Shown here piece after piece: positions 1 to 12,544 of a stretch of 64,000 nt of DNA. Under the pieces are notes generated by a model. The model saw only the letters and a list, made by a program, of their open reading frames with translations, was not told the DNA's origin and ran no database searches. Source of the DNA: Octopus vulgaris. Taxonomy: Eukaryota. Numbering within the stretch: the stretch's first letter is position 1; every line of letters starts with the position of its first letter. Made by a program: the position numbers and the translations under genes. The stretch is taken from assembly GCA_951406725.2 (NCBI GenBank), contig OX597835.1, positions 42,408,001 through 42,472,000 of the forward strand. The letters are read 5' to 3'.

Positions 1-156
1 ATATGATATATACATATATATATACATACATATATGATATATACATATATATATACATACATATATATATATATATATATACATATATATATACATACAT
101 ACAGGATATATATATATACATATATATATATATAACATATATATATATATATACAC

Positions 157-189
<33 letters not shown>

Positions 190-372
190 CATACATACAG
201 GATATATATATATATAAATGGATATATATATGTATAAATACATAAAGTAATAGATACATGCGTATTATTATCTATGTGTGTGTGTGTGTATACACACCTA
301 CATACTTATATATATACTTATATATATATACTTATATATATACTTATATATATACTTATATATATACTTATA
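1..372. repeat. Compound (TA)n/(TACA)n/(TATACTTA)n microsatellite
   Basis: Directly visible low-complexity dinucleotide tract; source of the YIYI ORFs. Confidence 0.95.
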
Positions 373-550
373 TATCTCTCTACCATTCTCTTCTGTTGAA
401 TGGTGCCAACCAATACAGCAACTTAGACATAATCAATCAATATGATTGCATGGCTCTAATGGCAGAGGGATTGGTTAGAATATCACCACCACCACCACCA
501 CCACCACCACCACGATGATCTATCCACATATATAATCACACACACACACA

Positions 551-860
551 CATCATTATCGTTTTACATCTGCATTCCTGGCTGGGCCGTCATGTTTCAC
601 GATGGTTCTTATTTAGAGTTACTGCGCTCTTAGACAGGACAGAGAACAATCTCTTACGCATTTCACTTCTGGCTTGGCTACAACAGCTGGACATCCTTCC
701 TAGCGCCAACCACTTTCACACAGTGTATGAGGGGGAGTCATCAGGTTCTCAATGAAAGTAAACTTTTCTTCCAAATCTACATTATCTTCCCTAATTTGCC
801 AATCTCTGTGCCGAATGTTCTGGGTGAATTTTATAATGGTACCGGCACAAATGAAGGTGT
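551..860 (-). mobile_element. Old RTE-LINE 3' tail fragment
   Basis: Degenerate (ATC)n tail followed by 'gctggacatccttcctagcgccaaccact', matching the 3' UTR of the RTE copy near 41320-41350. Confidence 0.55.
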
Positions 861-1205
861 CTTGTACCTCATGGATTAAAGTGTCAACACTACTAAATAT
901 GATGTGTTTGTCTGTGAAGGTGGAGAGAAGGGAAAACGAACAAAGTACCAGGATGGGATGGGTGGGGGTAACATGAGGGTGAGGGCAGAAACAAAGGGAT
1001 GGCCTGAAGGGGAGAATAAGTGGTGACTGGCAGTTAAAGGCGAATCCAAGGTAATCCCTTCTATACATGCTTTGGGATGGGTGAGAAAGGTAAAATGGTA
1101 ACAAAGAGAGAAAGAGAGAGAGAGAGAGCATGTATTAGAAAGCTGAAAGGATAAAACAAGTTCAATGATATCCCTAGTTACCGTGACAACATGGTACTGT
1201 GATCA

Positions 1206-1410
1206 GGCAGCGACCTGGCAGAAATGTTAGCACGCTGTGTAAAATGCTTAGCGGTATTTCGTCTGCGTTATGTTGTGAGTTCAAATTCCACCGAGGTCGA
1301 CAAATTAAGTACCAGTTACGCACTGGGGTCGATGTAATCGACTTAATACCTATGTCTGTCCTTGTTTGTCCCCTCTGTGTTTAGCCCCTTGTGGGTAATA
1401 AAGAAATAGG
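1206..1410 (+). mobile_element. tRNA-derived SINE family A (internally deleted copy) with target-site duplication
   Basis: Head ggcagcgacctggcaga...gagttcaaattcc (B-box); tail taataaagaaata; TSD tactgtgatca at 1195-1205 and 1411-1421. Confidence 0.85.
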
Positions 1411-1840
1411 TACTGTGATCAGGATCCTTCATTGCTGTGATAGTTTGAGAGAGAAATGAATAAACATGACAACAGATAAGGAATCTAGTGCCTGCTACCA
1501 TGGCAACCACCCTATCCTCACCACTAGTTTCCATAAGGTCCATCTAGCACAGGGGTTCTCAACCATTTTTTTTATGCCTACAGATCCCTTTGATTACCCT
1601 TTTTTCACAAGATTCATGAGATGGTTGTGATCAGTAAACAGTTTAGAGTAGGAACCAGAAAGAGAAAATATAAACACGCAATGCACAGGTCAAAATAAGA
1701 TGGAAGAACAAACCAAGTTGTATGATGGTCTCTGTATGTTACATCTGGACACCACTGTTACGTGGCTTTGTTGCAATCTTCTTGTTACTCTGGTGGACCC
1801 CCCACCCCACAGCCATTTTATGCTTAAAAACCAGTTTTAA

Positions 1841-2135
1841 CCCCTTACCCAACAATTATTTTGAAAATAAATGTATTTTTTCAGACATTTTTTAATTGTT
1901 TTATTTTACTATGTTTTGAATGGTGATTTCGAGGTATATTTCAAACCTTATTTATTATGAATTTTAATTCAATAATATTGATTTTAAATTACCGCTTTGG
2001 GCAGACCCGTTTTTAGACGAAGAACTCGTTTGCTGTCGATTTTGGCAAGTCTATCTTTTGACGAGTTAACTCGCCAGAGATAGAAAAAAACGATTTCGGT
2101 CAAAACGAATATATTCGTTTCTGCCGGGTAAGGGG
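1841..2135. mobile_element. piggyBac-type MITE
   Basis: TTAA-ccccttaccc ... gggtaagggg-TTAA termini. Confidence 0.8.
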
Positions 2136-2303
2136 TTAACAGATACTTCTTTCAAAATTCCTATTTTGTTTTTCATTTATTCACTTGTGCACATTTGCAA
2201 TAAAACTCTGAGAGAACATGTTTGGCTTGTCAGAAACATGTGGAACTCTGCAAAACATTAAAAGAAACCTGGTTGTTTCTTGCAAGAAATACACGTTTTA
2301 TAA

Positions 2304-2742
2304 GGCAGCGAGCTGGCAGAACCATTAGCACACCAGGTGAAATGCTTAGTGGAATTTCATCTGGCAGAATCGTTAGCACGCTGGGCGAAATGTGTAGCCG
2401 TATTTCGTCTGTCGTTACGGTCTGAGTTCAAATTCCGCCGAGGTCCACTTTGCCTTTCATCCTTTCGGGGTCGATAAATAAAGTACCAGTTACGCACTGG
2501 GGTCGATGTAATCGACTTAATACCTATGTCTGTCCCCTCTATGTTTAGCCCCTTGTGGGTAATAAAGAAATAAGTATTTCGTCTGTCTTTACATTTTGAG
2601 ATCAAATTCTGCCGAGGTTGACTTTGCCTTTCATCCTTTTGGGGTCGATAAATTAAGCACCAGTTGCATACTGGGGTTGATCTAATCGACTTGCCCACTC
2701 CCCGCAAAATTTAAGTCCTTGTGCCTAGAGTAGTAAAGAATA
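2304..2742 (+). mobile_element. Nested SINE family A copies (young copy inside older copy)
   Basis: Two heads (2304, 2361) and two 'gcctttcatcctttyggggtcgataaa' central domains (resembling the Meta-SINE domain). Confidence 0.85.
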
Positions 2743-3189
2743 AATACATCTAAAGCCAAATTTTTCCATGGACCCCCAAAATACTATTGTAGATCCCCAA
2801 TTTACTATTTAAATCCAAAAAAATCTTGTATGGATCCCCAGAAGTTATAAGGACCCTGGTTAAGAACCACTTATCTAGATTCACTCTGCTGCTGACTTTT
2901 TTAAGGGGCAACTTTGTAACACTGCTCTTCTCAGATAGTATGACTTTACTTCTCCCTTCCCTCCATTTTTGCACTGTATCCCCTTCTTTCTCTCCTTTTT
3001 ATCCTTCTCCCACAGGTCCTTCCTTCTTTTGTCCATACTCCCTTCCCCCATTTCCCTCTATCTTTCTTCCTTGCTTTCTCACCTACCTCTCTTACCTGAC
3101 TCCCCTACCTCTTCCTTCACACTCTCCCAAAGGATTCCCTACTATCTCCTACTTAAATATCTCACTCTCTTATATGTTTGTTCCTTCTC

Positions 3190-3470
3190 GAGCCATGCCT
3201 GGCTCATAAGGGTCGGTTTCCGTGGCGTATAGGTTCCCCACCTGGATGGGACGCCGGTCTGTTGCAGGCGAGCCACAAGATGCAGGAGGAAAGAGTGAGA
3301 GAAAGGTGTGGCGAAAGAGTCAGCAGAAGTTCGCCATTACCTTCTGCCAGAGCCGCTTGGGGCTGAGGTGCTTCGCTCATGAACACACACATTGCCCGGT
3401 CTGAGATTCGAACCCGCGATCCCTCGACCGTGAGTGTGCTGCTCTAACCACTAGGCCATGTGTGCACCAC
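3190..3470 (-). mobile_element. tRNA-derived SINE family D
   Basis: Minus-strand head tggcctagtggttagagc...gggttcgaatctc (A and B boxes); related copy at 23954-24334. Confidence 0.75.
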
Positions 3471-3570
3471 TCTCTTATACTACTGCCTCGTCCCTTCTTG
3501 ACTCACACAGTCGCTAATTCTCCCTTAACTATTGGTGCAGACTTCTTCTGGTTTCTTATCACTTTCAGTT

Positions 3571-3895
3571 GAAGGTATGTGGCTGAGTGGTTAGGGGTAT
3601 TCAGCTCACAATCGTAAGGTTGTGAGTTCAATTTCCAGCGATGCATTGTATCCTTGAGCAAGACACTTTGTTTCACGTCGCTCCAGTCCACTCAGCTGGC
3701 AAAAAATGAGTGGTACCCGTAATTCAAAGGGACCAGCCATGTCACATTCTGTGTTGCACTGAATCCCCCCTTAACTATGTTAAGGGTACAGGTGTCTGTG
3801 GAGTACTCAGCCACTTGCAAGTTACTTCCGTGAGCAGGCTGTTCCGTTGATCAAACCAACTGGAAACCTCATTGTTGTAACCGACAGAGGGCCAG
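3571..3895 (+). mobile_element. tRNA-derived SINE family C
   Basis: tggctgagtggttag...gagttcaatttcc head, 'ccttgagcaagacact' domain; homologous to 34891-35204 (minus). Confidence 0.8.
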
Positions 3896-4336
3896 TTATC
3901 CCCTTCAACCCCCAACTTCCACCCCACCCCCCCCATTTATAGTGTTCTACGGCCATGACTTCAGCAGCAGTGAATGCTGAGGTTGAAAGTTAACACAAGG
4001 AGGATGTGGACTTGTCAAGACACGGTGAAGGTAACCTGTCTCGGAAAATAGAAACGTTAAAAACTAAATGTGTGAAGGAGACCCTTTAGTCCTGACAGAC
4101 AAACCCCTCTAATGCTGGTCATGTGACAACATACACCCAGTCTACACTGTGTAATGGTTGAGTTTTTTGTACTCACATGAGATGTTTTGAGTCCTTGTTT
4201 GAAACCAAGCACATGTACATTGAAGGTGATGTCAGAGTTCCTTCTTCCCAGCTCTAATGGGAAGAATGCCCTTTATTCATGACCTGAAGAAGGCAAGCCT
4301 TTCTGACTTTGAAAGACTTGAGTGCCAAATACTTTG

Positions 4337-4738
4337 GGATCTTTTCGGTTTGACCGGCAGTTTTTAACATAATTTCTAGGTAACTAAACACTTTTAAACT
4401 TCGTAAACTGGTAGAATGTGTTTATAAAACATCTTTTACTCTTGGCTTTATTGAGAAAATTCTATCGTTTGTAAGATATTTGTTGTTTTTGTTCTTCAAT
4501 TTCAACCAATCACTAACGTCTATTGAGTTAAAAAACATTCTGTGCCGTATGAATATGTCCCTCGTTTAAGAAACAGATTGGGTTTATTTACATTTGTGAA
4601 GAAAAAAAGATACCCTTCCCCCCACCTCTAACCCTAAAACAGATTGAAATGCAATAGATCAATACTAGGGTCATAATTATGGGTGACAATTTCGTATGAC
4701 ACCGCTAGAAAAAACTGCCGTTCAAACCGAAAAGATTC
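4337..4738. mobile_element. Merlin-like MITE family 1
   Basis: TIR ggatcttttcggtttgaccggcagttttt / aaaaactgccgttcaaaccgaaaagattc; perfect 8-bp TSD atactttg (4329-4336, 4739-4746). Confidence 0.85.
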
Positions 4739-5269
4739 ATACTTTGAAGCTTGTTATGATGACCTTCTGTGATTTCCCATTTCAGTAACCAGACTGCTTT
4801 CTGTCAAGACAGTTGGAACCATCTCAATAAATTTAAGAAACTCTTGTGCCCTTCCCACCAAAGTGCCAATTCAGTCAGATCCATGTGTAGGATTAAAGCA
4901 TCACTCCAGTTGCTCACTAATACAAATGAATGAATTATACTTATAGAGGTTTCCAGGTGCCCAAAGAAGTCTGGTTGTGCTGTTCCACTGAAGAATGGAA
5001 TGTTGCAAAAGACATTACTACGACTGCAACTTATATTTAAGACCATCAACTTATCTGGATCTTAATAAAAACCATCTTATTTTGAGGCCTAGGCTTCACC
5101 TGAACAACACTGCCATACTATATACCTGGGCTATTTAAAACAGGCATACACCTGATAGCCACCTGGGAGAAGCAAGAGTAATTGCACGTTGGAAGCTTTA
5201 ATCTTACTGAAGGTTAAGACATCTTAAATAAACTTCAGGTTGCTGGGCAGATGAGCTGAAATTTATGGG

Positions 5270-6045
5270 GAGGGATTAGTCAGATTAACCTCAGTACTTT
5301 ACTAGTATTTTATTTACCCTGGGGGAATGAGAATTAAAACTGGTTTCAGCAGAATTTGAACTCACTGCTCCAATAATTGATTTGGGCACAAGGTGAGCAA
5401 TTTTGAAGGAAGGACATAATTCAATACCATTTACTGTAGTACTAGACTGGTCCTTTATTTTATCGACCCAAAGGGGATGAAAAGCAAAGTTGACTTCAGT
5501 GGGATTTGAACTCAGAATGTAAAGAGCAGGAACAATTACTACAAGGCATTTTCTGCAATAATAATAATAATAATTTTAATTTTGGCAAAAGAACAGCAAT
5601 TTTGACAGGAGGGAGAAATTGCTTACACTGACCCCCTTCCTTGGTGATTAACTGGTACTTATTTTATTGATCCCAAAAGGATGAAAGGCTAAGTCTACTT
5701 GGATGGGATTTGATCTCAGAAGAGCCATGAAGCTGCAAAGCATCTTGTCCAATGCTCTAATGCTGCCCCAACCATATGTGGCACCTTGGGCCAACCACAG
5801 CCTTGTGAGTAGATGTGGTAGACGGAAACTGAAAGAAGTCTGTTGTGTGTGTGTGTCCCATTACTGTTTGATAACTGGTGTTGGTGTGTTTACATCCCTG
5901 TAACTTGGTGGTTTGGCAAAAGAGACCAATAGAATTAGTACCAGGCTTTAAAAAAAGTACTGGGGTCAATTCAGTCAACTGAAAATTCTTCAAGGTAGTG
6001 CCCCAGCATGACCACAGTCTAATGACTGGAACAAGTAAAAGATAA
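5270..6045. mobile_element. Cluster of degraded SINE A (minus) and SINE B (plus, 5775-6045) copies
   Basis: Repeated 'ggatgaaa.gcaaagt...gatttgaactcag' and 'ggtagacggaaactgaaagaag' motifs. Confidence 0.7.
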
Positions 6046-6639
6046 AAGACACAAGTATATACATGGTATATAGGCAATGAAAGATGCCAATGCAGTCCTG
6101 ATACACAAATGAGGTCCACCAAGAGCTAATTAGGATTCCCACTGCCCAGAATCACAAAACGAACATCAAAGGCAAGTGGTCCCTCCAACAGTTGTTCTCC
6201 AACATACAAGTCTGTATTAAAAGTGGTGCCATCTACTCTTGCCATTTTGCCCCTTTCTTCCACTTTTCAATAATTCATTTCAAGAAAACCCCTCTCTCCT
6301 CCAGCCTGAAAAAGCTGATGAGAGCTGTATTAAAGAGGAAAATATCTGTCATCAGCTTTTTTTCAACCTTGTTCACTCCACCACATAATCCCTTTCATTA
6401 TTATTATTGTATTAAAGAGGAAAATATCTGTCATCAGCTTTTTTCAACCTTGTTCACTCCACCACATAATCTCTTTCATTATAGCCATGAGACAGGGGAA
6501 AATAAAATTGTCTTCCCTGCCCTGGAAGAAAACAGTGAAGATCTCTTAACTGCTGGACATTCCATTGACACAGCCTTCTTTCAACCCTGGGCGTCTCTTA
6601 CTGGGACAGAGTGAGAAACAAAGAGGCAATGAGAAGAGC

Positions 6640-6930
6640 TGGCATGAGAAGTTTGAGGACAGGGGTAACTAAGGAGCAGATATGGTTTACTACTGGCCAT
6701 CTGCTTTGATTACTTCAAGAGAGAACTGCTACCACATCGATGGAGTGGATGCTGGAAGGAGGGAAAAGACTGAAAGGAAGACCAAAGATGATGGTGTGGT
6801 GTAATATGTTCTAGGATGACATGATAGCAATGGGAGTTGGCCTGAGTGGAGCCAGGAGGAAGGTGAGCAATCAGAATGTCTGGAGAAGGCTTTTAGCCTG
6901 TTGTGTTGACAGCAATGGAGGGTCCAAGAG
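6640..6930 (+). mobile_element. Degraded LINE (RTE-like) C-terminal fragment
   Basis: Reads '...GHL...EGGKRLKGRPK..W', the typical RTE C-terminal G-K-R-x-x-G-R-P motif, with stops. Confidence 0.5.
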
Positions 6931-7189
6931 TTAAGAGAGCCCAGTTAAAGGAGGGTGGTGGGGCAATCATCTTGATGGGCTTGACCAGCAGTCAGATCCA
7001 TCTCCTACATACAATAGCAGCTGTTTGACACAAGTCTGCAACACCTGGACAGGTACATGCAAAATGATTTCAATGCTCTGCATAAATCTTGGACAGACCC
7101 AGCTGAAGACGCTTCTATGCCTGTAGAATTATCTCAAATCAGTGGCATTTCCAAGCCAGATTGTTATTATTATTATTAATAATAATCCT

Positions 7190-7475
7190 GTCGTTGCCAG
7201 TGCCACCTGACTGGCTCTTGTGCCAATGGAATGTAAAAAGCACCATTCAAGCGTGGTCGATGCCAGTACCACCTGACTGGCCCTCATGCCAGTGGCACAT
7301 AAAAAAGCATCCACTACACTCTCAGAGTGGTTGGCATTAGGAAGGGCATCCAGCTGTAGAAACCTTGCCAGATTAGATTAGAGCCTGGTACAGCCTTCTG
7401 GCTTCCCAGAACCCAGTCAAGCCATCCAACCTATGCTAGCATGGAAGGTAGATGTTAAACGATGATGATGATGAT
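7190..7475 (+). mobile_element. RTE-LINE 3' UTR/tail
   Basis: gtgcc..tggcac repeats, 'gagtggttggcattaggaagggcatccagctgtagaaac', (GAT)n tail. Confidence 0.8.
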
Positions 7476-8030
7476 GAGGAGGAGGATGAGTAATAATAAA
7501 AGACAGAGTTGCAAGAATGTGGGCAATAAAGAGAGTAACTTTCATCTCAGGGGCACTGGGAACACAAACAAGTAAGTTTGAGAAATATGTCGGAGAAATT
7601 GGAATTGACACGGGGGAAGAACATGTTCAAAAAACTGCTTCATTGGGTACAGCGAGGATTTTGAGATTGGTACTCAGATGTTAAGTATTGTCGAAAGAGA
7701 CCCTGTGAGGACCTTTAATTAGAAGTTGCTGTCTATTCTCACAGAATTAACCAGAGCAAATAAAATGGTAATAACAATAATGATTTTTCTATTAACACTT
7801 GATATCAACCTGCTTGAGACCCACCCCCACCCATTTTCCTGGTTCTATGATGCAAACTTACTGTTTTAAAGTGATCTAAAAACTTTCATTAAAATTTCGT
7901 ATTAATTTATGATCCAAACACCAGCTTAATAATGACAAAATTATTAAATTGTTCATTATTTTCAAAATTAAATTGAAACAAAGCCAGTACATTTCCATAA
8001 AAATATGGTGACAAAAGTTATCTAAAGGAA

Positions 8031-8553
8031 CCCCTTGGCACCGGTATTACCCGAAGCATGCGAGACACTGCTCTGGTTTTTTTTTATCTAATGAGGCCAC
8101 GCAAACACACAAGTGCCAACGAGCTCACGTCTATTTATGTTCACCGTTACAATAACATAGCGTCGTACATACACATCTACCGGTTTATGAAAAAGAACTA
8201 TGGAAAGCTATTTCTCATAATATGATATGCATGAGTTATTCTGCCCAAGTTCAGAAAATAGCTTGCGTGTGGTACAACTCAAAACACGGTATTATTCATG
8301 TAAAGTATCCGCATGTCATTGGTCTACTGCTAGTCTCATGACTTGAACGTAACCTAAAATAGCTAAGATAATACACGGGACGGCGAGCGCGTGCACCTCA
8401 AGAGATAAAGTACACAATAGCGAACGTAAACATATGTCAGCCACTAAAAAATCCATGATAGATGTAAGGCAGCTCTACATTGTATATTTGTGTTAACTGC
8501 AGGTAGGCAAGCAAAAGTGTGATCGTATATTTGCGTCAACCGTTGTCAAGGGG
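8031..8553. mobile_element. piggyBac-type non-autonomous element nested in an AT-rich MITE
   Basis: TIR ccccttggcaccggt / accgttgtcaagggg followed by TTAA at the right end; left TSD imperfect (ggaa). Confidence 0.55.
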
Positions 8554-8661
8554 TTAAAAGCTTCCATCAAAATTTCATGTTCTAAACACCAGTTTAACAA
8601 TGACAGTGGATTTTAAGGGAAATATGAGAACAAAAAGGTTTAAGGGATCTAAATTAAAAGC

Positions 8662-9048
8662 TTACTCTTTACTTGTTTCAGTCATTTGACTGCAGCCATG
8701 CTGGAGCACTGCCTTTAATCGAGCACATCGACCCCAGGACTTATTCTTTGTAAGCCCAGTACTTATTCTATCGGTCTCTTTTGCCGAACTGCTAAGTGAC
8801 GGCGACGTAAACACACCAGCATCGGTTGTCAAGCAATGCTAGGGGGACAAACACAGACACACACACATATATATATACATATATACGACGGGCTTCTTTC
8901 AGTTTCCGTCAACCAAATCCACTGACAAGGCTTTGGTTGGCCCGAGGCTATAGTAGAAGACACTAGCCCAACATGCCACGCAGTGGGACTGAACCCGGAA
9001 CCATGTGGTTGGTAAGCAAGCTACTTACCACACACCCACTCCTGCGCC
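8662..9048 (-). mobile_element. Full-length tRNA-derived SINE family B
   Basis: Head ggcgcaggagtg...ggtaag...gggttcagtccc, CORE-like 'tgggc.agtgtcttctac', internal (TA/TG)n, tail 'tgactgaaacaagtaaaga'. Confidence 0.9.
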
Positions 9049-9644
9049 TATAATACTGATATTTTACTAAATTCTTCATTATTTTCAAAACTAAATAGAA
9101 ATAAAGGCAGAGCATTTTAATAAGAAATATGCTAACAAAAGGGTTAATCCTAAGAGTTAGACAGTAGGGCATGATATTATGGAAACATAAAAAAAATAAT
9201 AAAAATACAAAATTCAAACAGAAATTCACCAAAAGTAGGTGGGTGTGGGGAGACTTCCAAAGACTACTCATGTGTATCCCACAAAAACTAAGATTACCTT
9301 GAGCACTAAAACAAGTGCGCTGTCCCAGACATCATCCAATTTATACTCAGAATAGGTCTATTCGTTCATTTGGACTATGCTTGCCATTCTGTTCAGGAAG
9401 GCAGTATTTCCCTCACCATCCACACTTTCCTTCTCAAGTGACATTCCAAAAAGTTGAGGTGGGCTTGGTCAGAGGAAGGTGTCGGTCTTCAGCCCTTTCA
9501 ATCTCATCCACAAACCTTTTTTGCTCAAACTACCAAACTGATAAATATTGCTTACCCTTCCCAGTTGAAGGTGACAGGACAATCTTCACGATGAACTCAG
9601 CTGGTCCCTCAGTGGTAGTAATAATATTAATAATAATATCGATA

Positions 9645-10229
9645 ATGGTTTCAAATTTTGTCAAAAGGGCAGCAATTTTGGGGGAGGGGATAAGTTGATT
9701 ACATCGACCCCAGTGTTCAACTGGTACTTATTTTATTGACCCTGAAAGGGTGAAAGGCATAGTCGACCTTGGCGGAATTTGAACTCAGAACGTAATGGCA
9801 GACGAAATACCTATTTCTTTACTACCCACAAGGGGCTAAACACAGAGAGGACAAACAAGAACAGACAAACGGATTCAGTCGATTATATCGACCCCAGTGC
9901 GCAACTGGTACTTAATTTATCGACCCCGAAAGGATGAAAGGCATAGTTGACCTCAGCGGAATTTGAACTCAGAACATAACGGCAGACGAAATACCTATTT
10001 CTTTTACTACCCACAAGGGGCTAAACACAGAGAGGACAAACAAGAACAGACAAACGGATTCAGTCGATTATATCGACCCCAGTGCGCAACTGGTACTTAA
10101 TTTATCGACCCCGAAAGGATGAAAGGCAAAGTCGACCTTGGCGGAATTTGAACTCAGAACGTAACAACAGACGAAATACCACTAAGCATTTCATTTGGCG
10201 TGCTAATGATTCTGCCAGCTCGCTGCCTT
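9645..10229 (-). mobile_element. SINE family A head-to-tail trimer (about 184-bp period)
   Basis: 'gacgaaatacc' recurs at 9801, 9985 and 10170 with near-identical intervening units. Confidence 0.9.
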
Positions 10230-11257
10230 AACGATCCTTTTATTCTTTCTTTTTTTTTTTATTTGTTTCAGTCATTTGACTGCAGCCATGCTGGAGCACC
10301 ACCTTAAGTCGAGCAAATCAACCCCAGGACTTATTCATTGTAAGCCTAGTACTTATTCTAGCGGTCTCTCTTGCCGAACCGCTAAGTTACAGGGACGTAA
10401 ACACACCAGCTTCAGTTGTCAAGTGATTTTGGGGGGACAAATACAGACACACAAACATATATACGATGATAATAGTAATAATATTTTGGACATTGATGAC
10501 TGTATCATTGTTGCTACTGAAAGGAAAATAAAAAGAAAAAAAAAGGTTCTTACTTGGAGTCTGGTTTCTTCTTCTTTTGGATTTCCAAAGGCATCAAACC
10601 TCAGCTCACATCCTCTGGGAACAATTATTTTATCTATCCTCTGTCTGTTGTCCCTACCAGTGGCCTTTCCATGGAAGGGAGCAAAAGGTTCAACTTTCCT
10701 AGTTTTTTCACTTTGGTCAGCTTAATTTCGGCACCATTTTCCCTAAAGACCTCTACTGCCTTTCACTCATTCTCAGGTTCAATTCCTTCCCATTATCAAA
10801 ACACATTGGCAAAATCCTTGGCTAACTTTGTGCTGGAAGGGGAAACCTATGATATAGGGTGCTCTATCTTTGCTACCACTTTGTGTTGATAGTGAAGGGT
10901 TTTGTGTGTGTGTGTAAGTCCCATCACTTGTTTTGAGGCCATTGTTGGAGCAGTGGCTTATTGGCCTTAAACAATGACAACCTTGATCTGTGCCTATAGC
11001 AGCTTCTATTGCTGTTTTTGTAAACATCTGCTGTCATTTCTGATGCTCCCAGCTATTTTTAATTTGTCCATTTTCTTTTTCTTTTCCAAAACAGAAATCC
11101 TAAGGCCATTTTTGCTACTCCCTAAGCCATGCTTGGGCTTTCTGTCTTGCATTGCCAACCTTACTTACCAATTTAAAAGTTGAACTCTTGATGGGATATT
11201 TAATCCTTGCATAAGTACAGTTTAATGCTCCACCTTCAACTCTATTTCCCTGTAACT

Positions 11258-11950
11258 CATCATCATTGTTTAATGTCCATTTTTCGTGCTGGTATGGGTT
11301 GGATGGTTTGACAGGAGCTGGCCAGACACCAACTGTCTGTTTTGGCATGGTTTCTATGGCTGGATGTCCTTTTTAATGCCAACCACTTTACAGAGGATGT
11401 TGGGTACTTCTTAAATGCCACTGCCACGAGTGCATTCATGTAGCACCGGCATGAATGCATTTCATGTGGCACCTGCAGAGGACATACCTGTATGAATGGA
11501 CGGCTGCAATTCTACTTAGCTTGACCTGTCTTAAGTACAACAAATCGCCACAAGTCCTGGTCCCTCGTCATCGACTCAGTGAGGTCCAGCATTTGAAGAT
11601 TCTTTCACACCACTTTGCCCCATGTCTTCTTGGGTCTACCCCTTCCACAGGTTCCCTCTACAATTCAAGGTCGGCACTTCTGTAAGCAGCTGTCCTCGTC
11701 CACATGCATCACATGACTAGACCAGAGCAGTCTTCTCTCTTGCGCACAACATTAATACCTCTTAAATCATTTACATACTGTTGTCATGCACACTGGCATC
11801 ACCCATCCAGCGGAGCATGCTAGCTTCATTTCTTTGCACATCCTCTGTAGTCATAGTCCATGTTTCACTGCCATGTAGCATAGCTACATGTATGTAAGCA
11901 TCATACAATCCGCCATTCAATCTGAGGGAGAGGTGCCCTTAGTTACAAAC
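11258..11950 (-). mobile_element. Older RTE-LINE 3' fragment
   Basis: Homologous to 41200-42370: LYDAY...MLHGSETW, GRPKKTW motifs; 3' UTR and (ATC)n tail. Confidence 0.8.
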
Positions 11951-12289
11951 AAAGAAAATGTATATTTTTAATCGATGGCGGTGCATAATTTAACACTTTT
12001 GTTACTGTATTAAAACGAGTGTTTTTATGCCCGATAAGTCTACGTGGGAGGTTCTCTCATGGTAAATAAACCCAATCTGTTTCTTAAAGGAGGGACATAT
12101 TCATTATGCACAGAATGTTATTTACCTAAATGGAGGTCAGCGATTGGTTACGTTTATAACACAAAAAGGAAAAAAAAATTGGTGAGGATGAATTTCGTAT
12201 CAAACCATAGAATTTTCTCAATGAAGCCATTATGTGGGGGATAAACATTACTATCTGTCGCTACAAACTATATTTTTAAACTCAATTTT

Positions 12290-12544
12290 GTAGGTGTTTA
12301 TAAAACATCTTTTTCTCTTGGCTTTATTGAGAAAATTCTATGGTTTGTAAGATATTAATTTAAGAAACAGATTGGGTTTATTTACATTTGTGAAGAAAAA
12401 AAAGACACCCTTCCCCATACCCCTAACCAACCCTAACCCTAAAAGAGGTTGAAATGCAATAGATCGATTCTAGGGTCATAATTATGGGTGACAATTTCAT
12501 ATGACACCGCTAGAACAAAAATGCCGTTCAAACCGAAAAGATCC
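12290..12544. mobile_element. Merlin-like MITE family 1, left-truncated copy (related inverted segment at 12062-12230)
   Basis: Ends in tgccgttcaaaccgaaaagatcc; internal sequence matches 4337-4738 and 16271-16703. Confidence 0.8.

Larger units (their letters stand above)
1550..2872. mobile_element. Old non-autonomous hAT (Charlie-like) element hosting nested insertions
   Basis: TIR caggggttctcaacc / ggttaagaaccactt; imperfect 8-bp TSD atctagca / atctagat (NTCTAGAN-type target typical of Charlie). Confidence 0.65.

Noticed and set aside
3390-3470. tRNA gene (also other SINE heads with A/B boxes)
   Set aside because: No complete cloverleaf; each continues into a shared SINE body.
6315-6352. 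CTGATGA...GAAA...GTC hammerhead candidate
   Set aside because: Stem I and stem II do not pair.
9297-9540. Minus-strand coding exon between plausible splice sites (also 10553-10848)
   Set aside because: The 9.3-9.5 kb segment has stops in all three frames, and neither segment yields a recognisable protein.
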